From contig JALSOH010000004.1 in the NCBI GenBank assembly GCA_026986575.1, forward strand, positions 192,001-256,000: 64,000 bases of DNA, read 5' to 3'. This stretch comes from Thermoproteota archaeon (GTDB lineage: Archaea; Korarchaeota; Korarchaeia; Korarchaeales; Korarchaeaceae). The notes under the pieces were generated by a model, which was not told where the DNA came from, searched no databases, and saw nothing but the letters and a program-made list of their open reading frames with translations. Positions 1 to 9,613 of the stretch are shown here, one piece after another (the first letter of the stretch is position 1; each line of letters opens with the position of its first letter). The translations under genes and the position numbers were made by a program.

Positions 1-525
1 CAACTCCTCAGGGAGGTCGTAGTTCAGCCTAGTGAGGGCGTACAGTAGCCTCCCTCCATCCCTCTTAACCAGCAAATCCACCTCGTCGAGGACTATCACC
101 AGCCTAGAGCTTGAGGTCGTGTAGGCATCGACGAATTTGTCCCAGAGGACATCGAAGGGATAGCCTGACGGTGGAACTAGAACTCCCATGGACCGATTCA
201 ATTGATAGAGTACCCTGTAGGCCGTGGTGGCTTGGCTGCAGTTCACATATGCGAATTTAGCCCTGAGGTTCGGATACTCATTCCTGTACTTCTTGATCAC
301 GTGCTTCACTACGGCTGTTTTACCCGTACCAGGCTTCCCAATGAAAGCTACATCGCTTGGGGGTTGATCCACGAGTAGATCGGAGAGTATCCTTGAGAAT
401 TGGAATATTTGCTCCTCCCTACCGGGCAGGGTATCAGGGATATAAGAGTCCCGAAGGACCCGCTTATCTTTAATTATGGTGTAGGACATGTAAGAAGTAT
501 CGATAAACGCCTCATCCAATGGCAT
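1..525 (-). CDS. cdc6: Cdc6/Orc1 replication initiator, N-terminal part (runs off window edge)
   Basis: Absent from the ORF track. Manual translation from ATG at 525 gives MPLDEAFIDTSYMSYTIIKDKRVLRDSYIPDTLPGREEQI..., Walker A GKPGTGKT, YVNC and Walker B VIVLDEVD. Confidence 0.93.
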   Translation of the reverse strand, partial: MPLDEAFIDTSYMSYTIIKDKRVLRDSYIPDTLPGREEQIFQFSRILSDLLVDQPPSDVAFIGKPGTGKTAVVKHVIKKYRNEYPNLRAKFAYVNCSQATTAYRVLYQLNRSMGVLVPPSGYPFDVLWDKFVDAYTTSSSRLVIVLDEVDLLVKRDGGRLLYALTRLNYDLPEEL

Positions 526-589
526 CTAACCACTTCCCCTCCGCCCGGACCTGAATAAGTTGTATTGCCTTTGGAGGATTTAAAGTTGG

Positions 590-802
590 TGCCTTTTTAA
601 AGAGGAAAGGTTCTAATGATAAGATGATAAGTTCTAAGTAATACAACCTTATTATAATGGAATGCGCATCATTTCCATTCCATCAACTCCGGAGAGAGTC
701 TCCCCAGTGGTTCAACTCCTTCAACTCCAATGGGCAGGTAACGGATCGGAAATACAGGGATTTCAGCTCCACCACCCTAACATCGGAATGGAAGGAGTTG
801 AA
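590..802. other. Candidate replication origin: AT-rich tract followed by repeated TCAACTCC-type boxes upstream of cdc6
   Basis: AT-rich 590-660. TCAACTCC at 683, 712 and 721, TCAGCTCC at 763, inverted copy GGAGTTGA at 794. Lies next to cdc6. Confidence 0.5.
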
Positions 803-1544
803 ATTGTGGTGTGAGTGTCCCCACCACCAGCCCTATGGTGATCACAATTATGGCGTAGATTAGGAGGATCCAATCGCCTCTCCCATACTCGTAAACCACG
901 TAGCTACTCCTCCTCTCTATAGCCCCAAAAGCCTTTGTCTCTAGGGCCTCTGCCAGCTGGTGACCTCTTCTTATCGCTATTATTATCATGGGAATCAGTA
1001 TAGGGATCAACCTCTTTACCTTCTCTAGGAACCCTCCTCTCTCCAACTCGTAACCTCTGCTAACTTGGGATGTGATGATCATTACCACGTCATCCGCCAA
1101 AACAGGTATGAACCTTAGAGCTATCACAAAGGAGAAGGTTATCTGAAGAGGGACCTTGAGCTTAGTCAGGAGATCTCCTATCTCCGCCGGGCTGGTGCCC
1201 GTCATGAATATTGCGGATGCTATTATCATACTTACCAGCCTCAGCACCATTGCGAGGCTGAACTCTAGACTATGGGTAGTGAGGTAGTTTAGCACCACCA
1301 GTACTACGATGAACAGAAGGGACGCCTTGAGGGATCTCTTCACCCTTCTCTCAGATCTTGATAAGATTATTAGTGGTACTTGGGCTATAAGGGAGAATAT
1401 CTGTATTGGGAGCGAGGCGCTGATGAGAGGAAGGGCTATGAAGGAGGCGAAGAGTATGAATTTTGTGGAGGGATTGAGCCTGGAGTATGGTGTCTCCCCC
1501 ACTTGAGTCCTGAAAATCTCCACCATTCCCATGGGATCGAGCAC
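777..1544 (-). CDS. ecfT: ECF transporter transmembrane T component (EcfT/CbiQ family)
   Basis: Hydrophobic; ALRFIP, SRG and ALETKAF coupling-helix motifs; follows two ABC ATPases. Confidence 0.9.
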   Translation of the reverse strand: MLDPMGMVEIFRTQVGETPYSRLNPSTKFILFASFIALPLISASLPIQIFSLIAQVPLIILSRSERRVKRSLKASLLFIVVLVVLNYLTTHSLEFSLAMVLRLVSMIIASAIFMTGTSPAEIGDLLTKLKVPLQITFSFVIALRFIPVLADDVVMIITSQVSRGYELERGGFLEKVKRLIPILIPMIIIAIRRGHQLAEALETKAFGAIERRSSYVVYEYGRGDWILLIYAIIVITIGLVVGTLTPQFQLLPFRC

Positions 1545-2324
1545 TTAACCCACCTCCAGCAAAGAATCGACTATGTATCTGTAGGGAGGTATGAGGCCGT
1601 TAGTAGCGAGATTCCTTATATCCGAGAAGATCTCTTTAGGATCTCCTCTATTGATTACGACTCCATAGCGGAGCACGAATACCACATCAGGGCCGAGCTC
1701 GTCCAACCACTCCAAGTCGTGGGTGACGATCACGACACCCTTACCCTCCCCCCTCATCCTCTTGAATATCTCCGATAACGACTCCTTTGAAAGACTGTCC
1801 TGTCCTATTGTGGGCTCGTCTACTGCTAGGAACTCCGGCTTCATGGACAAGATACATGCTATCGAGAGTCTCTTCATCTCACCACCGCTTAGTGACCAAG
1901 GACTCCTCTCTCTCAACTCCCAGAGACCTACTTCCTCCAATGCCCACCTAACAGACTCCTTAATTTCTTCTGGATCCATGCCTATTGATTTAGGGCCGAA
2001 AGATACCTCCTCATATACGGTCTCTGAGAAGAACATATGCTCCGGATTCTGAAAGACCAACCCGACCTTCTTGGACAGCTGCGCGACGCTGGCCTCTCTC
2101 GTGTCCACCCCATCCACAAGGACCCTCCCCTTCATCTCCCCCCTGTAGAAGTGCGGTATCAGCCCGTTCAGGAGCCTCAAGAGGGTGGACTTGCCCGAGC
2201 CATTCGGACCAACGACACCGTAGATTTTACCCCTCTCCAGCTCTAGACTGACATCTCTGAGGGCATTCATTCCACTTCCCTCATACTTGAACGTTACCCC
2301 CTCAACTTCGATCAATCCTGACAC
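1545..2324 (-). CDS. ECF transporter ATPase EcfA' (CbiO-like)
   Basis: GPNGSGKST, VFQNP, LSGGE, DEPT. Confidence 0.92.
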   Translation of the reverse strand: MSGLIEVEGVTFKYEGSGMNALRDVSLELERGKIYGVVGPNGSGKSTLLRLLNGLIPHFYRGEMKGRVLVDGVDTREASVAQLSKKVGLVFQNPEHMFFSETVYEEVSFGPKSIGMDPEEIKESVRWALEEVGLWELRERSPWSLSGGEMKRLSIACILSMKPEFLAVDEPTIGQDSLSKESLSEIFKRMRGEGKGVVIVTHDLEWLDELGPDVVFVLRYGVVINRGDPKEIFSDIRNLATNGLIPPYRYIVDSLLEVG

Positions 2325-3021
2325 CCCTCCTCAGAGCTACTATGAGCTCTCCCACTGCGAGCGGCTGGGCTCCCACTACCCCATACTTCCTAGCGAGCTT
2401 GACCACGCTGGGGGGTCTGACCCCATGCAGCGAGATGTCTCCTCTGTAGAGCAACTCCCTAGGATGGCCCTCCCTCACTATCCTCCCATTGGACATCACT
2501 ATCATCCTATTAGCCTTAGGGGCGAACAGGTCGAGCCTGTGCTCAGCAACCACCACAGTCACACCCTCCCTGTTCAAGTTTCCCAACACCTTAGCGATCC
2601 GCGCTGAGCTGAATGGATCCAACTCGCTTGTGGGTTCATCTAGCACGATAACATCGGGCTTCATTGCTAAAACGGAGGCGATGGCCACGAGTTGCTTCTC
2701 CCCACCGCTCAGCTCAGCTGTGCCCCTCTTCCTCAAGTGCTCTATCCCTAACTTCTTGAGGACCTCATTTATCCTCTCAATAATTTCCTCCCTAGGCAAC
2801 CCCAGATTCTCGAGACCGAATGCTATCTCCCTATCCACTCTGAGTGTGACGATCTGATTATCCGGATTCTGAAAGACCAACCCGACCTTCTTGGACAGCT
2901 GCGCGACGCTGGCCTCTCTCGTGTCCACCCCATCCACGAGGACCCTCCCCTTCATCTCCCCCCTGTAGAAGTGCGGTATCAGTCCGTTCAGGAGCCTCAA
3001 GAGGGTGGACTTGCCCGAGCC
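2041..3021. repeat. 161-bp direct repeat (2041-2201 and 2861-3021) with 2 mismatches, inside the two ecfA genes
   Basis: Direct comparison; differences only at 2118/2938 and 2163/2983. Confidence 0.95.
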
Positions 3022-3144
3022 GCTGAGTCCGGCTATCAGGAGAAACTCACCTCTATCTATCTCCAAGCTGACCTCGGACAGCGCTGGTCTCTTACTGCCC
3101 TCGTAACGGAATGTCACGTTTTCTATTTTCAGCATCGGGGCCAC
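2302..3144 (-). CDS. ECF transporter ATPase EcfA (CbiO-like)
   Basis: GLSGSGKST, FQNPDNQ, LSGGEKQ, LDEPT. Confidence 0.92.
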   Translation of the reverse strand: MAPMLKIENVTFRYEGSKRPALSEVSLEIDRGEFLLIAGLSGSGKSTLLRLLNGLIPHFYRGEMKGRVLVDGVDTREASVAQLSKKVGLVFQNPDNQIVTLRVDREIAFGLENLGLPREEIIERINEVLKKLGIEHLRKRGTAELSGGEKQLVAIASVLAMKPDVIVLDEPTSELDPFSSARIAKVLGNLNREGVTVVVAEHRLDLFAPKANRMIVMSNGRIVREGHPRELLYRGDISLHGVRPPSVVKLARKYGVVGAQPLAVGELIVALRRGVRIDRS

Positions 3145-3205
3145 ATGCTCACACTGTCAAAAAAGATTATAATACCTCCCACTGCCATCCAGCTGAGGGA
3201 TCCAA

Positions 3206-3859
3206 ATGCCTAGGAGGAGAGCGCGCAGAAAGGGACCGGCCAAGACGTGGTACCAAGTATATGCTGTGGATGTCTTTCCGAACCAGTGGATCGGCGAGAC
3301 TCCGGCCAGCGACCCCGAGAAGCTCATGGACCGGAATGTGGAGGTGGTGGTGAGGGACGTCACAGGGGACTTCATGCACGAGAAGTACAAACTGTGGTTC
3401 AGGATCTTCAAGGTTGATGGCAACAAGGCCTATGCCCGCTTTGTGAAGGAGATGCTGAATAGGGACTACATGAGATCCATAGTCCAGAGGAGGAGCTCTA
3501 GGATAGACGTACAATCTGAAGGGGTGGCCAAGGATGGTAATGAAGTCCGAATCTTCACCCTCATCGTCACATCGGTGAGGATCAGGAGCAGTCAGAAGAG
3601 TGCCGTAAGGAAGAGGGTCGACGAGTATGTGAGGAGCCTCATCCCAGAGTACACGGTGGAGGAATTGGTCAAGTCGTATATATTCGGTGAGCCGGTGCCC
3701 GTGGTCTCTGAGATCCAGAGGATAGCCTCTAAGGTCGCTCCAATAAAGTACGTGGAGCTCAGGAAGATGGTCATACTGAAACCTGCTGAGGTTCCAGAGA
3801 TACCGGCAGGGGTGGAGCAGGAGGTTGAAAGCAGCACTACTGGCAGCGGGGAAGGGTAA
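3206..3859 (+). CDS. rps3ae: 30S ribosomal protein eS1 (S3Ae)
   Basis: KTWYQVYA, IGETPA, DYMRSIVQRRSSRID, VELRK. Confidence 0.9.
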   Translation: MPRRRARRKGPAKTWYQVYAVDVFPNQWIGETPASDPEKLMDRNVEVVVRDVTGDFMHEKYKLWFRIFKVDGNKAYARFVKEMLNRDYMRSIVQRRSSRIDVQSEGVAKDGNEVRIFTLIVTSVRIRSSQKSAVRKRVDEYVRSLIPEYTVEELVKSYIFGEPVPVVSEIQRIASKVAPIKYVELRKMVILKPAEVPEIPAGVEQEVESSTTGSGEG

Positions 3860-4880
3860 GAGGTTACGACCAGTCACAGAAGCGAGGCCAAAGCCCCTCC
3901 TACCTATAGCTGGTTCCACTCTTTTTGAGTACAACTTCTCCCTGATTTCCGATCTACAGGTATATGCGGTCGTTAGCTACAGGAAGGAACTATTCATTGA
4001 CCTGTCCCAGCGCCTCAATTTCAAGATCGTGGACCAAGGCAAACCCATGGGAACGGGTCACGCGGTGATGAAGCTCAGAGATGAGATAAGGGATGACATC
4101 CTACTCATTTACGCCGACATCTACCTCCCACCTGACTCTGTCGAGAGGATCCTGTCCTACCGCGACAGGTACGACCATGTGGTGGCAGTTACTCCGGTGG
4201 AGAGGCCTTGGGAGTTCGGGGTGGTGGAGCTATCCTCGGGTCTTCTTAGGAGGATAGTGGAGAAGCCTAAAAAGGGTGAAGAGCCCTCGAACCTAATAGT
4301 GGCTGGAGCCTTCTTCCTCTCCCAATCAATCTTCGATCACCTGATGGATGTGACCCTATCGCCTAGGGGAGAGATAGAGTTGACAGACGCCCTTACGCTA
4401 GCTGCTTCGCGAGGGGAAAGGGTTGGAGTAGTCACCATCTCACCTTGGGTGGACGCGGGAAGACCGTCAGACTTCTTGCTAGCCCAGAAGTATCTGATGA
4501 ACGACGTGATCAGTGGCGAAAGGTCACCTCCGGAGGGGTACGTCTTGGAGGGGGACATACTCATATCGAGCACGGGGGTTATTGAGAGCTCGGAGCTGGA
4601 AGGACCTTCGGTGGTGGCGGGGCTGCTGAGAGAATCGACCTTAGGCCCTTACTCATATCTGGAAGCTGATTCTCGCGTCACGAACTCGAAGATCCTCAAC
4701 TCCATAGTAATGAGGGGCTCATCGATCCTCAAATCTGAGGTGGCGGATTCTCTAATCGCAGACGATGGGGTGGTCGAGGGGAGTACCTTGACAAGCTCGG
4801 TTACCGCACCATCTTCTCACATCGTCAATTGCAAGATAGAAGGGGAGAAGGTATGGGAGAGTAGGGCGTGTGTCACCTAG
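3825..4880 (+). CDS. Sugar-1-phosphate nucleotidyltransferase with C-terminal left-handed beta-helix (GlmU/RmlA-like)
   Basis: LAAGKGKRLRP, PKPLL, GTGHA, IVEKP, RGEIELTD; hexapeptide-like tail. Confidence 0.88.
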   Translation: MKAALLAAGKGKRLRPVTEARPKPLLPIAGSTLFEYNFSLISDLQVYAVVSYRKELFIDLSQRLNFKIVDQGKPMGTGHAVMKLRDEIRDDILLIYADIYLPPDSVERILSYRDRYDHVVAVTPVERPWEFGVVELSSGLLRRIVEKPKKGEEPSNLIVAGAFFLSQSIFDHLMDVTLSPRGEIELTDALTLAASRGERVGVVTISPWVDAGRPSDFLLAQKYLMNDVISGERSPPEGYVLEGDILISSTGVIESSELEGPSVVAGLLRESTLGPYSYLEADSRVTNSKILNSIVMRGSSILKSEVADSLIADDGVVEGSTLTSSVTAPSSHIVNCKIEGEKVWESRACVT

Positions 4881-6087
4881 CGGCCACTATCTTCACGACG
4901 TCTCTGTGTCTCAATACGTAGTCTAGAGATATCCTCCTCTTCTCCCTAACATCTATCCCGTAAAGGGCCTTCTTAGCTATCTCACTGTGGATCTTCTCAG
5001 CCAGATCCCTGACCGTACCACCCTTGGGCAGCAGTATGGCATCCGGAAGGACGTTCCCATCTTTATCCGACAGCTTAGTCTCATTCTCAACTGGGAAAAC
5101 GACCTTCATACCGAGCACGTCATAAACAGCGGATTCCAGCGTCTCCTGAACCCCTGTACTCCCGTATCTCTTCAACACCCTCTCCCTAATGGCCTCCAGA
5201 GCCCTCAGCTGAGCTCTAGTGAGTCTGGACTCATCCATCACATCGAAGTCGGGATCTCCTGGCTCGTACCTGATGAGTCCCGCCTTCGCCGCTTTCCTCA
5301 GGATAAGCTCGGCTTCAGCCGACACCGGAATTACGTGCTCCTCCAAAACTTCTCTCATCCTCTTTATATTATCCTCTGCTTCCGATACATCTACCTTGTT
5401 AGCTGCCACTACAAAGGGCTTCCCCCTTCTCAAGATCTCCCTCGAGAATTCGATCAGGTCCTCATCTCTCCAGTCTAGAGGAGATTTCTCCAGCGACAGT
5501 TCCCTCAACACAACCTTGATGATTCCACTATCTATATCCAGTCCCGAGAGGACCTCGTGTAGCGCCGCATCAACCGAGGAGCCAGCCACGACCCTTCCCC
5601 TGATCTTACTTTTGGATCTCTCTATGATAGATGCCACCCAGAGAGCGAACTCCTCTTTTACAATTGTAACATCCTCTATGGGATCGTGACTGGATGGAGG
5701 TACGGGATTGCCCTCTTCATCGGTGGAGCCAGAGGCGTCCACCACGATCACGTTCACGCTGGCCCTCCTCAAATCATCTAGGAACTTGTTTCCGAGTCCC
5801 CTTCCCTTAGACGCACCCTTCACCAACCCAGCAACGTCCAATAGCTTCACCGGAACGTATCTGTACCTACCATTGCACCAACCGTACTTCGGATCGCACT
5901 TCACCCCGAACTCAGTGCACACGGACTTGACCCTCACATACCCCACGCCCTCATTCGGATTTATCGTGACGAAAGGTCGATTTTCCCTCTCTGCCTCCAC
6001 TAGGGTAGCAGCTGAGAAGAAAGTGGTCTTACCGACGTTCGTCTTCCCGACCAAGCCTATTAGCATCCTGCCTTCTTGAACTATCAA
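4873..6087 (-). CDS. ychF: Obg/YchF-family translation-associated GTPase with TGS domain
   Basis: GKTNVGKTT, PFVTINPN, DVAGLVKGA, GLGNKFL, NKVD, C-terminal TGS; start may be slightly downstream. Confidence 0.9.
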   Translation of the reverse strand: MIVQEGRMLIGLVGKTNVGKTTFFSAATLVEAERENRPFVTINPNEGVGYVRVKSVCTEFGVKCDPKYGWCNGRYRYVPVKLLDVAGLVKGASKGRGLGNKFLDDLRRASVNVIVVDASGSTDEEGNPVPPSSHDPIEDVTIVKEEFALWVASIIERSKSKIRGRVVAGSSVDAALHEVLSGLDIDSGIIKVVLRELSLEKSPLDWRDEDLIEFSREILRRGKPFVVAANKVDVSEAEDNIKRMREVLEEHVIPVSAEAELILRKAAKAGLIRYEPGDPDFDVMDESRLTRAQLRALEAIRERVLKRYGSTGVQETLESAVYDVLGMKVVFPVENETKLSDKDGNVLPDAILLPKGGTVRDLAEKIHSEIAKKALYGIDVREKRRISLDYVLRHRDVVKIVAAR

Positions 6088-6131
6088 ATTTTAAAATCCA
6101 CCAGTGGAGGGCCTGAGTGCAGGGTGTAAAC

Positions 6132-6734
6132 TTGGTAGTCGCAGGAAGGTACATGGAGAAACTGGTCTGGAGGAGACGCAAGGAGGATCCGGACTTGGTC
6201 AAGCTCTGGAAGGATAGACTGATACGGTGGAGAAGGGAGCCAGCGATAGTCAGAGTGGAGAGACCCACCAGAATAGATAGGGCAAGGACTCTAGGGTACA
6301 GGGCCAAACAAGGATTCGTAGTGGTGAGAGTCAGGGTCAGGAAAGGTGGTAGAAGGAAGGGAAGGCCGAGATCCGGCAGGAAGCCTGCGGGACTGGGCAT
6401 CCTCAAGCTGACCCCTAGTAAGAGCATAAGGTGGATAGCTGAGGAGAGGGCTGCGAGAAAGTTCCCCAACTTGGAGGTCCTCAACTCTTACTATGTCGCC
6501 GAGGACGGCAAGTACTATTGGTACGAGGTGATAATGGTAGATCCTCATCACCCGGTCATAAAGGCCGATCCTAGGATCAACTGGATACTCAACCCCGCCA
6601 ACAAGAGGAGGGTATTCAGGGGACTCACGAGCGCCGGTAAGAAATCTAGGGGTTTAAGGGCTTCTAGAGGAATACCCGACATAGTCAAGAGGTTCAAGCG
6701 CAAGAGGAGGCTGGCTAAGAGGCCGGGAGCCTGA
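6132..6734 (+). CDS. rpl15e: 50S ribosomal protein eL15
   Basis: [39 protein letters not shown]; TTG start chosen from the SD. Confidence 0.96.
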   Translation: MVVAGRYMEKLVWRRRKEDPDLVKLWKDRLIRWRREPAIVRVERPTRIDRARTLGYRAKQGFVVVRVRVRKGGRRKGRPRSGRKPAGLGILKLTPSKSIRWIAEERAARKFPNLEVLNSYYVAEDGKYYWYEVIMVDPHHPVIKADPRINWILNPANKRRVFRGLTSAGKKSRGLRASRGIPDIVKRFKRKRRLAKRPGA

Positions 6735-6739
6735 GCGAT

Positions 6740-7192
6740 TTGTGGCCCCTCATCCTCTCCTCCGCGGAGATCACCACAATAGTATATCCCACGGAATTGG
6801 AGGAGAGGGTGAGAGATCTCCTACTCACACTTGCAGAAGGGGAAGGTGACCTCAAGCTTGAGGAGGAGAAATTCACGAGCCATTACGGCTACTCTTTCAA
6901 GATACTAACGATTAAACTCGGAAAGAGAGCAGCGGAATTCCTCCTGAAGCGTGTTATCTGCTTCTTAGAGGAGTTCGACTTCCTCTCCCTAATGAGTACG
7001 CTGGAAAGTCATGTGGACGGGAGGGATCTCTACCTAAGACTCGATAAACAGGAGCTAGCCTTGGGTAGGTACATGTTATTCTCGGGGGGTCCAGGGGGGT
7101 ACGTGAGGATCAAGCTGACGTTCAGGAAGAAAGTGAACGACTTAGAATCCTTGCTCAGAGAGGTGAGGGAAGACCAGTGCCCCGCTACATAG
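6740..7192 (+). CDS. Predicted RNA-binding protein of the exosome superoperon (COG1325/DUF54-like)
   Basis: YPTE..RV, SHYG, LYLRLDKQ; conserved position after rpl15e. Confidence 0.75.
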   Translation: MWPLILSSAEITTIVYPTELEERVRDLLLTLAEGEGDLKLEEEKFTSHYGYSFKILTIKLGKRAAEFLLKRVICFLEEFDFLSLMSTLESHVDGRDLYLRLDKQELALGRYMLFSGGPGGYVRIKLTFRKKVNDLESLLREVREDQCPAT

Positions 7193-7830
7193 ATATAATA
7201 GCACCTGAGAGTGAGGAACAGCTCGAACTGATGGTGAGTAGGGCAATTTCACTTGGGTTCGGTGCGGTAGGGATTGTCGGAGACTTTCCTGATCTTCCCA
7301 ACGGAACCTTCAGGGTCTCCATAGTGGGACCATCCTCCATTCCTCAAGAAGCGAGGAAGATAAGGAGTAAGGTGAGACTTCTTCTATCCTCACCCAAGAC
7401 CCTCGAAGAGTCAAGAAAGGTCACTTTCAGCAAGCTCGTAGATGGTGTCGTTGCGAGCTACGACACTGGTAGGCCCAATTTCGATTACGTATCAGCGAAG
7501 CTGCTCAAGAGGAATGAAGGGACCCTCTTAGTTCCGGTGGCATGGATGATCAGGAAAATGCTCGAGGAACCACATGTTATCAGGAACGTTCGGCTGGAGG
7601 TCAGGATTGCTCTCAAAGCGGGATTATATCCCGTGATTGCCTCGATGGCCCGAGATGTCAGAGAGATAGTGCCTCCCCGTTTACTCGTCTCCTTTGGCGA
7701 GTTCATTTTGGATCTGAGGAGGGATCAGGCTAAATCCATGGTTAAGGACTTCCCATCTTATCTCATCAGCGAGGAGAGGAAGCTCAGAACCAAGGGAGTT
7801 GCCTTAGATGAAGTTCAGGGTTCCCATTGA
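7177..7830 (+). CDS. rnp3: RNase P protein component Rpp30
   Basis: PHP-like fold, IASMA...PPR motif; synteny. Confidence 0.72.
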   Translation: MPRYIDIIAPESEEQLELMVSRAISLGFGAVGIVGDFPDLPNGTFRVSIVGPSSIPQEARKIRSKVRLLLSSPKTLEESRKVTFSKLVDGVVASYDTGRPNFDYVSAKLLKRNEGTLLVPVAWMIRKMLEEPHVIRNVRLEVRIALKAGLYPVIASMARDVREIVPPRLLVSFGEFILDLRRDQAKSMVKDFPSYLISEERKLRTKGVALDEVQGSH

Positions 7831-8146
7831 ACTCAAAGAGAGGAGGAGGTATATCTGCGTGTACGCGCCGGTTTCCAAGTCCGATCTGAATAAGGCCCTC
7901 AAGAGGAGATTGAGGGAGTTATCGGGGATTAAGGGGAGCGGTATCTATAGATTCACTCTGCTCCCTTTGGGGAATGCCAACTTCCTAGTTAGGACAACCG
8001 AAGCCTCCTTAGCAGCCTTGCTCACGGCCCTCCTCATAAACAGATACAAGGATATCCCCTCACTGGAGGTTAGAGGTATCTCGGGCACCCTAAGGAAGGC
8101 GAAGGAGTTATGCGCCGTTCCTCCCACTGTCAAGCGACGTAGTTGA
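7808..8146 (+). CDS. rnp2: RNase P protein component Pop5/Rpp14
   Basis: KERRRYI, ISGTLRKAK. Confidence 0.82.
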   Translation: MKFRVPIELKERRRYICVYAPVSKSDLNKALKRRLRELSGIKGSGIYRFTLLPLGNANFLVRTTEASLAALLTALLINRYKDIPSLEVRGISGTLRKAKELCAVPPTVKRRS

Positions 8147-8219
8147 TCGTGATCACGGAGGGAAAACTCTTTATGTCCTAGGACTTTTCAATGACTGAAC
8201 ATCCTAGTGGGGTGGACAA

Positions 8220-8930
8220 ATGTTTCCACAGGTTACAGGGTATGATAGAGCGATTACAGTCTTCAGTCCTGATGGCAGACTTCTCCAAGTGGAGTACGCC
8301 CTTTCTGCCACTAAAAGGACCCCTCTGGCCTTGGGTATAAAATGCAAGGACGGAGTAGTCCTCCTAGCCGTGAGGAAGTACATCTCTCCGTTGGCTACCC
8401 CTCCCGAGAAGATATACAAGATAGACAACCACATAGGCGCGATTGCTGCTGGTCTGGTGGGTGACGGCCTCGTCCTCATAGAGAGAGGAAGGCTCGAGGC
8501 CCAGTACAACAGGCTCATCTATGGTGAACCAATAACCGTGAAGAACTTGGCTAAGAGGATTGCCGTCCACAAGCAGCAGTTTACCCAGTATGCCGGTCTA
8601 AGACCGTTCGGCGTCATGATGATGATAGGAGGCATAGATGAGGAGCCTGAACTCTACGTGACCCATCCGGGAGGGGCCTTCTACGACTACGCGGCCTTCG
8701 CGGTTGGGAAGAACTCCGACAAGGTGAACGAGACCCTGAAGCAGACATATAATGAGGGTATGTCCCTAGACGAGTGCTTGAAGTACGCTATAAAGCTGAT
8801 AATGGAGGCAGAGGAGGGTGAGGTGACCGCGGACTCGTTAGAGGTTGCAGTCATAGACAGAGAGACGAGGAAGTTCAGAAAGCTGTCCAGAGATGAGCTT
8901 GAAGAGTATGTAAAGGCCGCGAAGGGGTGA
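8220..8930 (+). CDS. psmA: Proteasome alpha subunit
   Basis: GYDRAITVFSPDGRLLQVEYA, RPFGV. Confidence 0.97.
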   Translation: MFPQVTGYDRAITVFSPDGRLLQVEYALSATKRTPLALGIKCKDGVVLLAVRKYISPLATPPEKIYKIDNHIGAIAAGLVGDGLVLIERGRLEAQYNRLIYGEPITVKNLAKRIAVHKQQFTQYAGLRPFGVMMMIGGIDEEPELYVTHPGGAFYDYAAFAVGKNSDKVNETLKQTYNEGMSLDECLKYAIKLIMEAEEGEVTADSLEVAVIDRETRKFRKLSRDELEEYVKAAKG

Positions 8931-8935
8931 TTTAG

Positions 8936-9613
8936 GTGCCCGAGCCAGTAATAGCGAGGATTACTCGGGCCGGAAAGAGGTTCGAGATATATGTGTATCC
9001 GGAGAAGGCCTATCAGTTCAGGGAAGGCAGACCAGTAGATGTGAGGAGTATTCTGGCAGTGGAGAACGTGTTCACGGACGCCAGAAAGGCCCTGAAGGCC
9101 TCCTCAGCTGATCTCAAGAAGGCCTTCGGAACTACCGATCCTTACGAGATAGCCGAGATCATTCTTAAGGAGGGAGAGGTTCAGCTGACTGCGGAGTATA
9201 GAAAGAAGCTTCAGGAGGAGAAGACCCGCTGGATAGTCAACTACATACACAAGAACTTCGTCGATCCACAGACCAACCTCCCACATCCAGTATCTAGGAT
9301 ACAGAAGGCCATGAAGGAGGCCAAAGTGAAGATAGATCCAATGAAGGAGCCCGAGCAACAGGTCAAGGAGGTAGTGGAGCAGCTTAGGAAGATACTCCCC
9401 CTAAAGAGCGGTCAGGTTAGGATGACTGTGATCGTTCCCGCTTCGGTGTGGGCCAAGGCGAGATCTCTCTTGGCTGGTCAAGGGAGCATACTGTCGGAGA
9501 AGTGGTCTGACGATGGGACCCAAGTCACCTTTAAGGTGGAGCTCCCTATAGGGGCCCAGATGCTCGTCTTGGAGAGAATAGGAGAGATGGGAGGCCAGGC
9601 GAAAGTTGAGTGA
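8936..9613 (+). CDS. Ribosome maturation factor SBDS/Sdo1
   Basis: [28 protein letters not shown]. Confidence 0.95.
   Translation: MPEPVIARITRAGKRFEIYVYPEKAYQFREGRPVDVRSILAVENVFTDARKALKASSADLKKAFGTTDPYEIAEIILKEGEVQLTAEYRKKLQEEKTRWIVNYIHKNFVDPQTNLPHPVSRIQKAMKEAKVKIDPMKEPEQQVKEVVEQLRKILPLKSGQVRMTVIVPASVWAKARSLLAGQGSILSEKWSDDGTQVTFKVELPIGAQMLVLERIGEMGGQAKVE

Noticed and set aside
657-863. 68-aa ORF across the cdc6 upstream region
   Set aside because: No recognisable motif; overlaps the repeat boxes and runs antisense to the end of ecfT
3167-3934. 255-aa minus-strand ORF, and many similar long antisense ORFs throughout the window
   Set aside because: Shadow frames of confidently identified genes, with no motifs of their own
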